From assembly GCA_044223665.1 (NCBI GenBank), contig JBGALT010000015.1, forward strand, positions 10,810-74,809: DNA of 64,000 bases, given 5' to 3'. Numbering within the stretch: the first letter of the stretch is position 1; every line of letters starts with the position of its first letter. The DNA is from Sandaracinaceae bacterium. Lineage in GTDB: Bacteria > Myxococcota_A > Polyangia > Polyangiales > Sandaracinaceae. Shown one piece after another: positions 1 to 9,778 of the stretch. The notes below the pieces were generated by a model. That model worked only from the letters and a program-made list of their open reading frames with translations, did no database searches and was not told the DNA's origin. The position numbers and the translations under genes are program-made.

Positions 1-1
1 C

Positions 2-793
2 GTGGCGGCGATGATCCACGTCGAGTGGTTCCGGCAGCTGCTCGCCCACGTCTTCGCCGACGAGGGCGTCCCCGGCGCGTTCGACTTCGACCCGCGCACG
101 CAGTACCTCGAGACGCTGCGGCGCATCGTCGACGGGCGCGGCGCCGGAAACCCGGAAGCCCTGGCGTCGTTCAACCCTGCGACGAACGAGTCGATCTTCT
201 TCGACGTCCGCGGCACGCCGGCCGTCGAGCGCAGCGACGAGATCCTGATCGCGGCGCTCGCGTCCGCGCTCGACGCGCTGGCGACGCCCCTCGCGGACGA
301 CGGCACCGGCGGCTTCGGCACCACGACGCAGTCGGCGTGGGTCTACGGCCTACGCCACCAGGTGCGCTTCGAGTCGCTGCTCACGCTCTTCGCGGGCAAC
401 GTGTCCGGCGTCGAGCTGCTCGCGGGCCAGTTCAGGATCGACACGCACCGGCTGCCGCTCGCGCCCTCGTTCCCGAGTGGCGATCCGCGCGCCGATCTGC
501 GCTGGTTCCCGCGGCCCGGCGACTTCGACAACGTGGACGCCTCCAACGCGAGCTTCGCGATCGGGACCGACTACACCTACGCGTACGGCCCGAACATGCG
601 CATGGTCGTGCGCCTGCACGACGGCGTGGTGGAAGGTCAGAACATCCTCCCCGGCGGCCAGTCGGCGCGCACGGCCTCGCCGCACTTCGACGACCAGGCC
701 GCCTACTGGCTCGGCAACCGCGCCATCCCGCTCCGGTACACCGTCGAGGAGGTCGTCGCCGGAGCCGAGGGACGCGAGAGCTTCCATCCCTGA
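2..793 (+). CDS. penicillin/AHL acylase family (Ntn-hydrolase, peptidase S45), C-terminal part; the 5' end lies outside the window
   Basis: The ORF runs off the left edge. Its C-terminal ...NILPGGQSARTASPHFDDQAAYWLGN... matches the conserved GGQSG..SPHY.DQ end of penicillin acylases. Confidence 0.75.
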   Translation: MAAMIHVEWFRQLLAHVFADEGVPGAFDFDPRTQYLETLRRIVDGRGAGNPEALASFNPATNESIFFDVRGTPAVERSDEILIAALASALDALATPLADDGTGGFGTTTQSAWVYGLRHQVRFESLLTLFAGNVSGVELLAGQFRIDTHRLPLAPSFPSGDPRADLRWFPRPGDFDNVDASNASFAIGTDYTYAYGPNMRMVVRLHDGVVEGQNILPGGQSARTASPHFDDQAAYWLGNRAIPLRYTVEEVVAGAEGRESFHP

Positions 794-906
794 GCCTGCG
801 GGGGCCCGCGCCATCCGGCGCGAGCCTCCGACGGCCCGGCCCGGCGCGAGCCTGCGACGGCGCCTCCGACGGCGTGGCGCCGGAGCGCTCGAGCCCTGCG
901 CAGCCT

Positions 907-3900
907 TCAGGCGACGGCGGGCGCCGCCTGCGGAGCGTTCTGCTTCTTCTCCTGGCCGCGCTTGAGCTCGACCGAGACGAGCTTGGAGACGCCGGGGGTC
1001 TCCATCGTCACACCGTAGAGCACGTCGGCCATGAGCATCGTGCGCTTGCTGTGCGTGATGACGATGAACTGCGAGTGCTTCGTCATCGAGCGGATGGCGT
1101 CGCAGAAGCGGCCGATGTTGGCCTCGTCGAGCGGCGCGTCGACCTCGTCGAGGAGGCAGAACGGGCTCGGGCGGTGCTGGAACATCGAGAAGATGAGCGA
1201 GACGGCCGTGAGCGCCTTCTCACCGCCGCTCATCAGCTCGATCGCGCCGAGCTTCTTGCCGGGCGGCTGCGCCACGATCTCGACACCGGTCTCGAGCAGG
1301 TCCTCGGGGTTGGTGAGGAGCAGCTCGGCGCGACCGCCGCCGAAGAGGCGCGGGAACACCTGCTTGAAGCGGGCGTTCACGTCCTCGAACGTCTCCTTGA
1401 ACATCCGCTTGGACTCCTTGTTCATCTGCTTGATCGCGCGATCGAGCTGGAGGAGCGCGTCCTCCAGATCCTTCTGCTGCGCGGCCAGGTAGACGTGGCG
1501 CTTCTCCTGCTCGGCGTGCTCTTCGATCGCCGTCAGGTTGATCTCGCCCATGCGCTCGACGAGGCGCGAGAGCTCCTCGATGCGCTCGCGCGTCGCCTCG
1601 TCGGGCAGATCGCGCATGTGGAAGTCGCCGAGCACCTTGCGCACGTCGATACGGTGCCGCTCTTCCGTGCTCTGGAGCAGGTGCGTCAGCTCGAGATCGA
1701 GCTCGCGCAGCTCCACGGTGAGGTCCGCGACGCGGCGCTGGCCGACGTCGATGTCGTGGCGGAGGCCCTTGAGGTCGCCCTCGCGCTCGCTCAGACGCGC
1801 GCGTGCCGTCTCGTACGCGTCGCGCGCGCGGCCGAGCTCTTCGTGCGAGCGCATCGCGAGCCCGACCGACTCGGCGAGCGACTCGCGGAACGCCGCGAGC
1901 ATTCCGATGGTCTCGCCCTGCTGGCGCGCGCCGCGCTCGAGGTCACCGCGCAGGCGCTGCTCGCGCTCGCCGAGCTCGGCGATCGAGCGGTCGAGGCGAT
2001 CGAGGGCCTGGCGGTCGCCCTCGGCGCGCTGGCGCGCCTGGGCCGCGCGGACGCGGACCTCGGTGACCTTGGCGCTCTGCGCGTCGACGAGCACCTTGCG
2101 CTCCATCGACACCTCGCTCGCGAGCTCGAGGGCATCCTTGGCCTCGGCCTGCGCGCGCGTCGCGTTCTCGATCTCGGCCTGCGACTCCATCTCCTCGCCG
2201 GCCGCCTCGGTCAGCGCGTACTCGATCTCGCCGATCTCGCCGGCCAGGCGCTCGATGCGCTCGCGCGTGCGCGAGAGGTCGTCGATCGCGCGCTTGTGGT
2301 CCTTGTCGGCCTTGACGATCGCGATCTCGGCGTCGTGCGCCTCCGTGCGCGCCGAGTCGAGCGCCGCCTGTCGCGTCGAGATGCCGTTGCGGAGCTCCGA
2401 GTGGCGCGCGATGGCCGCGCCGAGCTCGGCGTCGAGCCGCGCCACGACGCCGTGCAGGTCGCGCACCTCGCGCTTGACGGCGATCATGTGCGCCGAGGCC
2501 TGCTCGCCGCGGCCGCCGGTGAGCGCGCCGCCCTGCCCGAGCACCTCGCCGCGCTCGGTGACGAGCGTCGCGGAGAGGCCGCGGTCGTAGAGGCGACGCG
2601 CCGTCGCGAGATCCCGCACCACGAGCACGCCCTCGAGCAGGTGGCGCACGAGCCACTCGCCCGACTCGCCCTCGCCCGCCGGCGCGACGAGATCGGCCAT
2701 CCAGCCGACGACGCCCTCTTCGCCCTCGAGGCTCGGAAGCGGCGCCACGACGCGCCGCGCGCGCTCCGGCAGCACCGTGGCGCGGCCGCGGTCGCCCGAC
2801 TCGAGGAACGAGAGCACCTCGAGCCCCGCGTCGAGATCGCGCACGACCACGTGCTGCAGGCGATCGCCGAGCGCGCCGGCGAGCGCGTTCGTGAGCGGCT
2901 CCGGGCACTCGATCCGGTCGGCCACGAGGCCGAGCACGCCCTTCTGCGCGCGCTCCTCCTCGGTCGCACCGAGCTTGGTCATGATCGAGCGGACGCCGGC
3001 GCCGACGCCCTCGAAGCGCTTCTGGATCTCCTCGAGCGAGCGCAGGCGCGAGCGCTTCTCGGCGAGCTCGCCGCGCAGGCGGTCGACGTTCCGCTCGCTG
3101 TCCTGGATCTGGCTGCGCAGGACGCGGAGCTCTTCCTCGAGCTCGCGCTTGCGCTCCGCCGTCGTCTCCTTGCCGCCGCGCAGCGCGTCGAGGCGCGCCT
3201 CGAGCTCACGCTGCTGGCCGTCGAGCTCGACCGCGTGCTGCTCGAGGTGCTCGCGCTCGGCCCGCATCTTCTCGAGGCGCGTGCGCGCGTCCTCGCGGCG
3301 GCGCTCGAAGCCCTTCAGCACGGCGTCGGCGCGCGCGATGCGCTGCTCGGCCTCCGAGAGCCGCGAGCGCGCCTGGTGCGCGTTGCCCTCGGCCTCCGCC
3401 GCCGCGGCCTTGCGCTCTTCGAGCACCGCCGTCTCGCGCTCGAGCTCGGCTTGCTCGCTCTTCTCGACGGCCTCGAGCTCGGCGAGCGTCGAGAGCAGGA
3501 CGTCCCGCTCCGCGGCGAGCGCCGTGCGGCGCTCGGAGAGCGCGCTGATCTCTCGCTCGCTGAGCCGCTCGCTCTCGCGCAGGCCCGCCAGGCGCTCCTG
3601 GCCCTGGGCGATGCGGCTCTCGAGCGACTTCACCTGGTCGTCGAGCGAGTGCGCCGTGTGCTGCGCGCGCTCCACCGCCGACTCGGCGTGCCGGACGGCG
3701 AGGCGCTCGGTCTCGAGCTCGGCCTCGCGCACGCGCAGCGCGAGACGGCGGCCCTCGAGCGTGCCGCTCCCGGTGCTGAGCTCCTCGTCGATCACGCGGC
3801 GCGTGACGGTCAGCTCGAGGAACCGGTGCGAGGCGGTGTGCAGCTCGAGGTCGCGGATCTCGGCGCGGTACGCCTTGTAGCGCTCGGCCTTCTGGGCCTG

Positions 3901-4530
3901 ACGACGCAGCGACGCGAGGCTCTTGTCGATCTCGGCGACGATGTCGCCGATGCGCAGGAGGTTCGCCCGCGTCTGCTCCATCTTCCGCTCGGCGGCCTTC
4001 TTGCGCGCCTTGAACTTGGTGATGCCTGCGGCCTCCTCGATGAGGTGACGCCGGTCCTCGGGCTTGGCCGAGACGATGTAGCCGATGCGCCCCTGCTCGA
4101 TGATCGAGTAGGCCTTCGTGCCGACGCCGGTGCCGAGGAAGAGCGTCGTGATGTCGAGCAGGCGGACGGGCGTCTTGTTGATGAAGTAGTCGCTGTTGCC
4201 GGAGCGATCGAGGCGGCGGGTGACGGCGATCTCGGCGTAGTCCTTGTACTCGGGGGGCGCGAGGCCATCCTGGTTGTCGAAGGTGACGGTCACTTCGGCG
4301 AAGCCGTGCGGGCCGCGGCCCTCGCTGCCGTTGAAGATGACGTCGTCCATCGACTTGCCGCGCAGGTTCCGGGCCGACTGCTCACCCATCGTCCAGCGGA
4401 TGGCGTCGACGATGTTCGACTTGCCGCACCCGTTCGGACCGACGATGGCGGTCACGTCGTGATCGATGTGGACGACCGTTCGGTCCACGAACGACTTGAA
4501 GCCGCAGATCTCGACCTTGGTGATCTTCAT
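907..4530 (-). CDS. smc: chromosome segregation protein SMC
   Basis: 1207 aa from the ATG at 4530 (MKITKVEICGFKSF). It has Walker A GPNGCGKSN, long Glu/Arg/Leu coiled-coil arms, the signature MSGGEKALTAVSLIF and Walker B LLDEVDAPLD. Confidence 0.97.
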   Translation of the reverse strand: MKITKVEICGFKSFVDRTVVHIDHDVTAIVGPNGCGKSNIVDAIRWTMGEQSARNLRGKSMDDVIFNGSEGRGPHGFAEVTVTFDNQDGLAPPEYKDYAEIAVTRRLDRSGNSDYFINKTPVRLLDITTLFLGTGVGTKAYSIIEQGRIGYIVSAKPEDRRHLIEEAAGITKFKARKKAAERKMEQTRANLLRIGDIVAEIDKSLASLRRQAQKAERYKAYRAEIRDLELHTASHRFLELTVTRRVIDEELSTGSGTLEGRRLALRVREAELETERLAVRHAESAVERAQHTAHSLDDQVKSLESRIAQGQERLAGLRESERLSEREISALSERRTALAAERDVLLSTLAELEAVEKSEQAELERETAVLEERKAAAAEAEGNAHQARSRLSEAEQRIARADAVLKGFERRREDARTRLEKMRAEREHLEQHAVELDGQQRELEARLDALRGGKETTAERKRELEEELRVLRSQIQDSERNVDRLRGELAEKRSRLRSLEEIQKRFEGVGAGVRSIMTKLGATEEERAQKGVLGLVADRIECPEPLTNALAGALGDRLQHVVVRDLDAGLEVLSFLESGDRGRATVLPERARRVVAPLPSLEGEEGVVGWMADLVAPAGEGESGEWLVRHLLEGVLVVRDLATARRLYDRGLSATLVTERGEVLGQGGALTGGRGEQASAHMIAVKREVRDLHGVVARLDAELGAAIARHSELRNGISTRQAALDSARTEAHDAEIAIVKADKDHKRAIDDLSRTRERIERLAGEIGEIEYALTEAAGEEMESQAEIENATRAQAEAKDALELASEVSMERKVLVDAQSAKVTEVRVRAAQARQRAEGDRQALDRLDRSIAELGEREQRLRGDLERGARQQGETIGMLAAFRESLAESVGLAMRSHEELGRARDAYETARARLSEREGDLKGLRHDIDVGQRRVADLTVELRELDLELTHLLQSTEERHRIDVRKVLGDFHMRDLPDEATRERIEELSRLVERMGEINLTAIEEHAEQEKRHVYLAAQQKDLEDALLQLDRAIKQMNKESKRMFKETFEDVNARFKQVFPRLFGGGRAELLLTNPEDLLETGVEIVAQPPGKKLGAIELMSGGEKALTAVSLIFSMFQHRPSPFCLLDEVDAPLDEANIGRFCDAIRSMTKHSQFIVITHSKRTMLMADVLYGVTMETPGVSKLVSVELKRGQEKKQNAPQAAPAVA

Positions 4531-4800
4531 CGAGGCTGACCTTCGAGAATTGCTTTTGCGCTCGCGCTTTTCGTGATTCGCAAGCGATATCAATCACTTA
4601 CGAGCCAACAACCGACGTCGTCCGACCGCTGGGACGAATGACCGCTTGTACGCCGATGCCAGACCGAGCGCAATGCCCTTCGTCGAGATGTGGTGGGGCT
4701 CAGCGGATGACCACTACTGCATCTTGTGGTCGGTCGCCAGGTGCTCCGGCCCGATCCGCGCCTGGTGGTGGATCACGAAAAGTACGTCGCGCCGAGCGCC

Positions 4801-4839
4801 GAAAAGCAAGAGGCCCGAGCGCATCGACGCCCGGGCCTC
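4801..4839 (-). terminator. putative intrinsic terminator downstream of the 4880..6169 gene
   Basis: On the minus strand GAGGCCCG and CGGGCCTC (8 bp) form a stem around a 14-nt loop, followed by TTGCTTTTC. Confidence 0.45.
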
Positions 4840-4879
4840 GTGGAGCCGTATCGGCGGCGATCGCCGTCCGAGGAAGTCC

Positions 4880-6169
4880 TCAGATGCGCATCGGGTACGT
4901 CACGCGGAACTGAGCCTGGCGGAACGCCGGGAACTGGGCCGTGCGGAGCACACCCTCCATGCACGAGCCCTGCGGCGTGCCGCCGAAGGGGCTGCCGCCG
5001 GCCGCCGCGCTGACGACCGTCCCGTCGCTGCGCACCACGATCGTGAAGCTCACCATGCCGACCTGCTCGCCAGCGCAGCCACGCACGCGGCTCAGGAGCG
5101 GACCGAGCACGCGGCGGACGTCCGCCTGGCTCGGCTGGTCCGGCAGGTCGCCCGAGGGCGCCGGACGCGTCGTGGCCGCGGCCGTTCGGGCGGTGGACGA
5201 GGGGGGCGGCGTGGCGCGGCCCGAGGTACCGAGGGCCTGATCGAGCACCGAGTCGAGGCTGCCTCCGCTACCGCTGCGGCGGGCGCTCGTCTCCGTCGTG
5301 GTCGCAGCCGGCGCGGCCGGAGCCGATGCGGTCGTCGTGGGGTGCTCGTGCTCGTCGTCGTCGTGATCCTCGCGGCCCGATCGACTCCCGCCAGCCCGAT
5401 GCGACGGGCGCGCCGCCGCAGCGCGGACCGTCTCGGACTCGGCGGCCGCCTCTTCCTCGGCGTCGTCGGCCTCGACCTCGTCGTCGTCCGTCGACTCCTC
5501 GTCGTGCGCGCTGTCCTCGACCTCGGCGCCCTCTTCGACGGCCGGCACGGCCGCGGCCGCGCTCGGCGGGGGCGTCGCAGGCTCGGACTCGTGGTCGCGC
5601 TCTTCGATCTCGCGTGGCGCCTCGGCGAGCCGATCGGCGTGCGCCGGGCCCGTGCCCGCGTGGGCGACGGAGGCCGGGGCCGTCGCCACGGCGCCGGTCT
5701 CGCTGCCGGCCGATCCACTCGTCTCGCCGGACGAGCCGTTCATCACGAACCAGGCGCCGGCCGCGATGGCGAGCCCGATGCCCAGACCGATCGCGATGTT
5801 CGCCGTGCCTCCGCCGCCGCCCTGCGCGGGCGCGGCGACGGCCACCGGAACCGCCTTCGCGTGCTCGTCGTCCTTGGCCTTCGCCTTCGAGGGCGTGCTC
5901 GCCTTCGCAGCCGCCTTCGGAGCCTCTTCATGCTTGGCCGCGGCCGGCACCGCGGCCGCCGGCGGGACCTCCACCTTGGCCTCCGGCTCGACCGGCGCGG
6001 GCGGCGGGACCGAGGCGACCAGCGCGCGCAGGTCGAGCTTCGAGTCGTCGGCGCTCGACTCCTCTTCCTTCGGGCCCGGGTCGGAGGGCCGAACGAGCGC
6101 CGAGAGCGAGGCGAGGTCGAGCTCGTCGTCGGACGATGCTTGCTGCTTCTTGTCCTTGTCCTTCGCCAC
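4880..6169 (-). CDS. membrane-anchored low-complexity protein with an AgmX/PglI-like (TonB-C-like) C-terminal domain
   Basis: It has an acidic/Ala/Pro-rich N-terminal half and one TM segment (IAIGLGIGLAIAAGAWFVM). The C-terminal ~85 aa (...VGMVSFTIVVRSDGTVVSAAA...SCMEGVLRTAQFPAF...) has the two-Cys AgmX/PglI-type pattern. Confidence 0.6.
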   Translation of the reverse strand: MAKDKDKKQQASSDDELDLASLSALVRPSDPGPKEEESSADDSKLDLRALVASVPPPAPVEPEAKVEVPPAAAVPAAAKHEEAPKAAAKASTPSKAKAKDDEHAKAVPVAVAAPAQGGGGGTANIAIGLGIGLAIAAGAWFVMNGSSGETSGSAGSETGAVATAPASVAHAGTGPAHADRLAEAPREIEERDHESEPATPPPSAAAAVPAVEEGAEVEDSAHDEESTDDDEVEADDAEEEAAAESETVRAAAARPSHRAGGSRSGREDHDDDEHEHPTTTASAPAAPAATTTETSARRSGSGGSLDSVLDQALGTSGRATPPPSSTARTAAATTRPAPSGDLPDQPSQADVRRVLGPLLSRVRGCAGEQVGMVSFTIVVRSDGTVVSAAAGGSPFGGTPQGSCMEGVLRTAQFPAFRQAQFRVTYPMRI

Positions 6170-6293
6170 GCCTGCTCACCTCTCCATCGAGCCAGCCGCG
6201 GCGACGCGCCGAGGCCTAAGGAGGCGGGCAGCCTATCACGGCGGCCGCGCCTGGACCCATGCGCTCGTTCGAGCGCCGACCCGCTCGATCCTT

Positions 6294-6353
6294 GGGTCCT
6301 CGAACGCCTGGGTCCTCGAACGATTCGGTCCTCGAACGACGGGTCCTCGAACG
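6294..6353. repeat. four tandem direct repeats with core GGTCCTCGAACG (spacing 16/16/15 bp)
   Basis: The copies lie at 6294-6306, 6310-6322, 6326-6338 and 6341-6353. They sit in the intergenic region between the peroxiredoxin stop and the start of the 4880..6169 gene. Confidence 0.85.
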
Positions 6354-6422
6354 AGCAGGCCCCGGACGCCCCACCGTGGCGGCAGGGCTCTCCGGGGCCA
6401 CTCGTAGCGGGAAAGGCTCTCT

Positions 6423-7019
6423 TCAGCCGTGCTTCTTGAAGTACTCCAGCGATCCCGTCGGGTCGGCCTTCATCGTGTCCTTGCCGGGCTGCCAGTTCGC
6501 CGGGCAGACGTCCCCGTGCTTCTCGTTGAACTCGATCGCGTCGATGAGGCGGAGGTACTCGTCGATGTTGCGGCCGAGCGGCAGGTCGTTGAGCGTCGCG
6601 TGGCGCACGTTGCCCTTCTTGTCGATGACGAACGTGCCGCGGAGCGCCACCCCCTCGTCGCCGCCGTCGGGGAGGATCACGCCGTACGCGTGGCCGATCT
6701 TCTTGGTCACGTCGGCGATGAGCGGGTAGCGCACGCCGCCGAGGCCGCCCTTGTCGCGCGGCGTCTTCTGCCAGGCGAGGTGGGAGAACTTGCTGTCGAT
6801 GGAGACGCCGAGGACCTCGGCGCCGCGCTTCTTGAACTCCTCGTACTTCTCGTCGAACGCGATGATCTCCGTCGGGCAGACGAAGGTGAAGTCGAGCGGG
6901 TAGAAGAACAGGACGACGTACTTGCCGCGGAGCGCCGAGAGCTTCACCTCGGTGAACTCGAGGCCCTGGACGGCCTCGGCGGTGAAGTCGGGAGCGGCCT
7001 TCTGGATCTGGACGGTCAT
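6423..7019 (-). CDS. ahpC: typical 2-Cys peroxiredoxin (AhpC/Prx1 subfamily)
   Basis: The gene starts at the ATG at 7019 ([12 protein letters not shown]). The peroxidatic Cys lies in FTFVCPTEI and the resolving Cys in VCPANW. Confidence 0.9.
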   Translation of the reverse strand: MTVQIQKAAPDFTAEAVQGLEFTEVKLSALRGKYVVLFFYPLDFTFVCPTEIIAFDEKYEEFKKRGAEVLGVSIDSKFSHLAWQKTPRDKGGLGGVRYPLIADVTKKIGHAYGVILPDGGDEGVALRGTFVIDKKGNVRHATLNDLPLGRNIDEYLRLIDAIEFNEKHGDVCPANWQPGKDTMKADPTGSLEYFKKHG

Positions 7020-7152
7020 CGGATCACCTCTGGGCTGGCGGACGCGTGGGTCCTCGCGTGGAGAACGGCGACGGGTCGTAAGGCAAGCTCGGGTCTTCCG
7101 CAAGCGGGATCGCGAACGGGCGCGACGGCGCGAAAGGCGCTAATCCCGCCGC

Positions 7153-7494
7153 ATGAGCGAGCCGGCCCCGAAGAGCCCGAGCGACGAGGCGCCCCCTGCC
7201 CCTTCGTCGCGCGCGCGCCTCACCACCGCGCTCGGGTGGGTGGCCGGCGGCTCGGCCGGGATGCTCCTCAACTACATGCTCTTCCGCGCTTTCGCCGACG
7301 AGAACGGGAACGGCTACCCGGTCGTTCCGACCACGTTCGGCCTCTTCGTGGCAGGCGCGTTCGGCGGCATGGCCATCGCCGACCGCGGAGGCGAGCGCAT
7401 GTTCCGCCCGCTCGGCATCGCCGCGGGCGTGCTGCTCTCGCTCTTCCTCGCGCTCGTCGCAGCCGTCCTCATGTCGCCAGCGCCGATGCCATGA
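7153..7494 (+). CDS. small hypothetical membrane protein
   Basis: 113 aa with three hydrophobic segments and coding-like GC3. No family was recognised. Confidence 0.45.
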   Translation: MSEPAPKSPSDEAPPAPSSRARLTTALGWVAGGSAGMLLNYMLFRAFADENGNGYPVVPTTFGLFVAGAFGGMAIADRGGERMFRPLGIAAGVLLSLFLALVAAVLMSPAPMP

Positions 7495-7900
7495 TCACCG
7501 CATCGGTCCCGTCGGCGTAGTAGCGGGCGCGCCGATCGATCTCGGTGAAGCCGTACGCGCGGTAGAGCGCGATGGCGGCCGCGTTGTCCCAGCGGACCTC
7601 GAGGAAGGCGCGCGTGGCCGACCGCTCGCGGGCTCCCGCGAGCAGCGCTTCGAGCAGCGCCCGCGCCCCGCCGCGCCGGCGCGCTGCGGGGTCGATGGCG
7701 ATCGAGAGCACCTCGAGCTCTCCCGCGACGACCTTGCCGATCGCGTAGCCGCGCGGGGGATCGCCGAGCACCAGCGCGAGGCGCGTCGGGAGCGCGAGCT
7801 CTTCGGAGAAGCCTTCGAGCGTCCACGCCTCGGGGAGCGAGGCGCGCGCGACCGCGAGCACGTGCGGCACGTCCTCGCGCCGCATCGCGCGCACGCTCAT
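7469..7900 (-). CDS. rimI: GNAT N-acetyltransferase, RimI-like (ribosomal-protein-alanine acetyltransferase family)
   Basis: 143 aa with the acetyl-CoA motif RRRGGARALLEAL and the C-terminal YRAYGF..RARYY typical of RimI. Confidence 0.7.
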   Translation of the reverse strand: MSVRAMRREDVPHVLAVARASLPEAWTLEGFSEELALPTRLALVLGDPPRGYAIGKVVAGELEVLSIAIDPAARRRGGARALLEALLAGARERSATRAFLEVRWDNAAAIALYRAYGFTEIDRRARYYADGTDAVIMASALAT

Positions 7901-8901
7901 CGACCCGCCGTGTCCTTCGTGACGATCGGCGCGTCGACGTCGCGCGCCTGGCGGTAGTGCGCGTCCGGCTCCACGAAGATGTAGCGCATGTGGGGCAGCT
8001 TCTCGCGGATCGAAGCCTCGACGCGGTCGATGGCGGCCTCGACGTGACCGAGGTCCAGCTCGCTCCGGAGCTCGACCTTGAGCGCCAGGACGACCGCCTT
8101 GGGCCCGAGGTGCATCGAGAGCAGCTGCCGCACGGAGAGGATGTCCGGATCGGCCTCGACGATCCGTTGGACCTCGGCGCGGTCCTCAGGCGTCGCGGCC
8201 TCACCGAGCAGCAGCGAGTGCGTCCGCGCCGAGAGGAAGTACGCCACGATCCCGAGCAGCACGCCGATCAACATCGAGCCGATCGCGTCGAAGCCGTTCC
8301 AGCCCGTCAGATCGGAGAGGCCGACCGCGACGAGCGCGATCGCCAGGCCGATGAGCGCGGCCGTGTCCTCGGCGAGCACCACCGGGATCGTCGGGTCCTT
8401 CGCATGCAGCAGCGCCTGGTACAGCGTGCGCTTGCCGCGCATCTTCTGCATCTCGCGCATCGCGACGCTGAACGAGGCCGCCTCGAAGGCGAACGACGTC
8501 CCGAGCACGCCGTAGCTCCAGAGCCGCGAGCCGTGCTCTTCGTGGCCTCCGCCGCGCGTCAGCTCGATCAGGTCGTGCGCGCCCTCGTAGAACGCGAACA
8601 CGCTGCCGAGCGCGAACAGCAGGATGCTGACGAGGAAGGGCCAGAAGTAGCTCTCGGCCGCGTGGCCGAAGGGGTGCAGGTTCGTCGGCGGACGCCGCGC
8701 ACGGCGCATCCCCACCATCAGCAGGATCTGGTTCGTGCAGTCGGCGAAGCTGTGCACCGCCTCCGCGAGCGTCGCGATGCTCCCCGAGAAGAACGCCGCG
8801 ACCAGCTTGGAGATCGCGATGAGGAGGTTGCCGCTCAGTGCGGCGATGACGACGCGGACGCCGCTCGCCTCTTCGCCTTCCGTCGATTCACTCGGTGTCA
8901 T
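7897..8901 (-). CDS. cation diffusion facilitator (CDF) family transporter
   Basis: The gene starts at the ATG at 8901. It has six TM segments, a HSFADCTNQ motif in TM2 and a C-terminal cytoplasmic domain. Its stop overlaps the rimI-like start (ATGA). Confidence 0.85.
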   Translation of the reverse strand: MTPSESTEGEEASGVRVVIAALSGNLLIAISKLVAAFFSGSIATLAEAVHSFADCTNQILLMVGMRRARRPPTNLHPFGHAAESYFWPFLVSILLFALGSVFAFYEGAHDLIELTRGGGHEEHGSRLWSYGVLGTSFAFEAASFSVAMREMQKMRGKRTLYQALLHAKDPTIPVVLAEDTAALIGLAIALVAVGLSDLTGWNGFDAIGSMLIGVLLGIVAYFLSARTHSLLLGEAATPEDRAEVQRIVEADPDILSVRQLLSMHLGPKAVVLALKVELRSELDLGHVEAAIDRVEASIREKLPHMRYIFVEPDAHYRQARDVDAPIVTKDTAGR

Positions 8902-9691
8902 CGAGCTCCCGTTCGAGCGACTGCTCGTCTTGGCCGTGGCCGTGTTCTTCGTCGCCGCCGTCCCGGTCGGGCGCGACCCCATTCTCGGGATCGAGCGTGA
9001 CGAGCACGCGCACCGGCGTCCGTTGGCGGAGCACCTCGACCCAGCGCGCGACGTCCGACGAGAGCGCACGCATGGCGAGCCACGCGCGCAGCGGCTCGTG
9101 TGCTTCTTCGAACGTCATGCCCGCGAAGGGATGCTCCCCCGCCGCGAACGCTTCCTCGACCCGCGCATCGGTGACCTGGGTCGTGCCCTCCAAGTTCGCC
9201 CGGAGGAACGCCTCCACCACCGCGCGCCGTCGTGCGATCGCGTCGATCTCGGCCGCGCCGGCACCCACGCGGGTGAGCAGCTCCTCCATGGCGGCCTCGC
9301 CGCCGAGCGTGGCCGCCAGGCGCGCGCGCTGCACGCGAACGTCCTCGTCGCTCGGCTCCGCGGCGTGCAGGCGGCTCGCCTCGCGGGCGATCAGGATCTC
9401 GCCGAGGATCTCGTCGAGCGTGGCGGCGTAGAGCGCGGGAGGGGGCGCCACGCGCGCGCCCGCCGGGCCGAGGTCGAGCCGCGCGCGGAGGTCGACGTCG
9501 GAGAGAAGCACGAGGTCGGCGTGCTCGTCGGGCGTCTCGGCGCCGACGATCGCGACGAGCGCCTCCGCGGGCAGCGGTGCGCGCCCGTCCTGCGCCGCCG
9601 CGCGCGCGGACGCACAGGCCCACGCCACGAGCACGAGACCCACGCCGAGACGCGTTGCCACGGGCCTCGGATCGCACCGGCTCGCCAGCAC
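8888..9691 (-). CDS. hypothetical secreted protein
   Basis: GTG start and a signal peptide (LGVGLVLVAWACASARAAAQ). The body is helical and the tail acidic. It overlaps the CDF start by 14 nt. Confidence 0.5.
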   Translation of the reverse strand: MLASRCDPRPVATRLGVGLVLVAWACASARAAAQDGRAPLPAEALVAIVGAETPDEHADLVLLSDVDLRARLDLGPAGARVAPPPALYAATLDEILGEILIAREASRLHAAEPSDEDVRVQRARLAATLGGEAAMEELLTRVGAGAAEIDAIARRRAVVEAFLRANLEGTTQVTDARVEEAFAAGEHPFAGMTFEEAHEPLRAWLAMRALSSDVARWVEVLRQRTPVRVLVTLDPENGVAPDRDGGDEEHGHGQDEQSLERELDDTE

Positions 9692-9778
9692 GTCAAGTGT
9701 TCGGGTCGCTCGCGCGTCGGGGCCCGGGCCGGTTGCTTCGGACCGGCGAGCGGCCCGGACCGCTCCTCGTGAGACCGC

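Noticed and set aside
25-4539. 1504-aa ORF on the plus strand covering the whole smc locus
   Set aside because: It is antisense to a textbook SMC gene. Its translation is Arg/Ala/Leu/Glu-rich low complexity with no motifs. This is the typical stop-free shadow frame of a GC-rich gene.
6294-6353. Possible mini-CRISPR array
   Set aside because: The 12-13-bp cores are separated by only 2-4 nt, so there are no spacers of plausible length. No cas genes or leader are present in the window.
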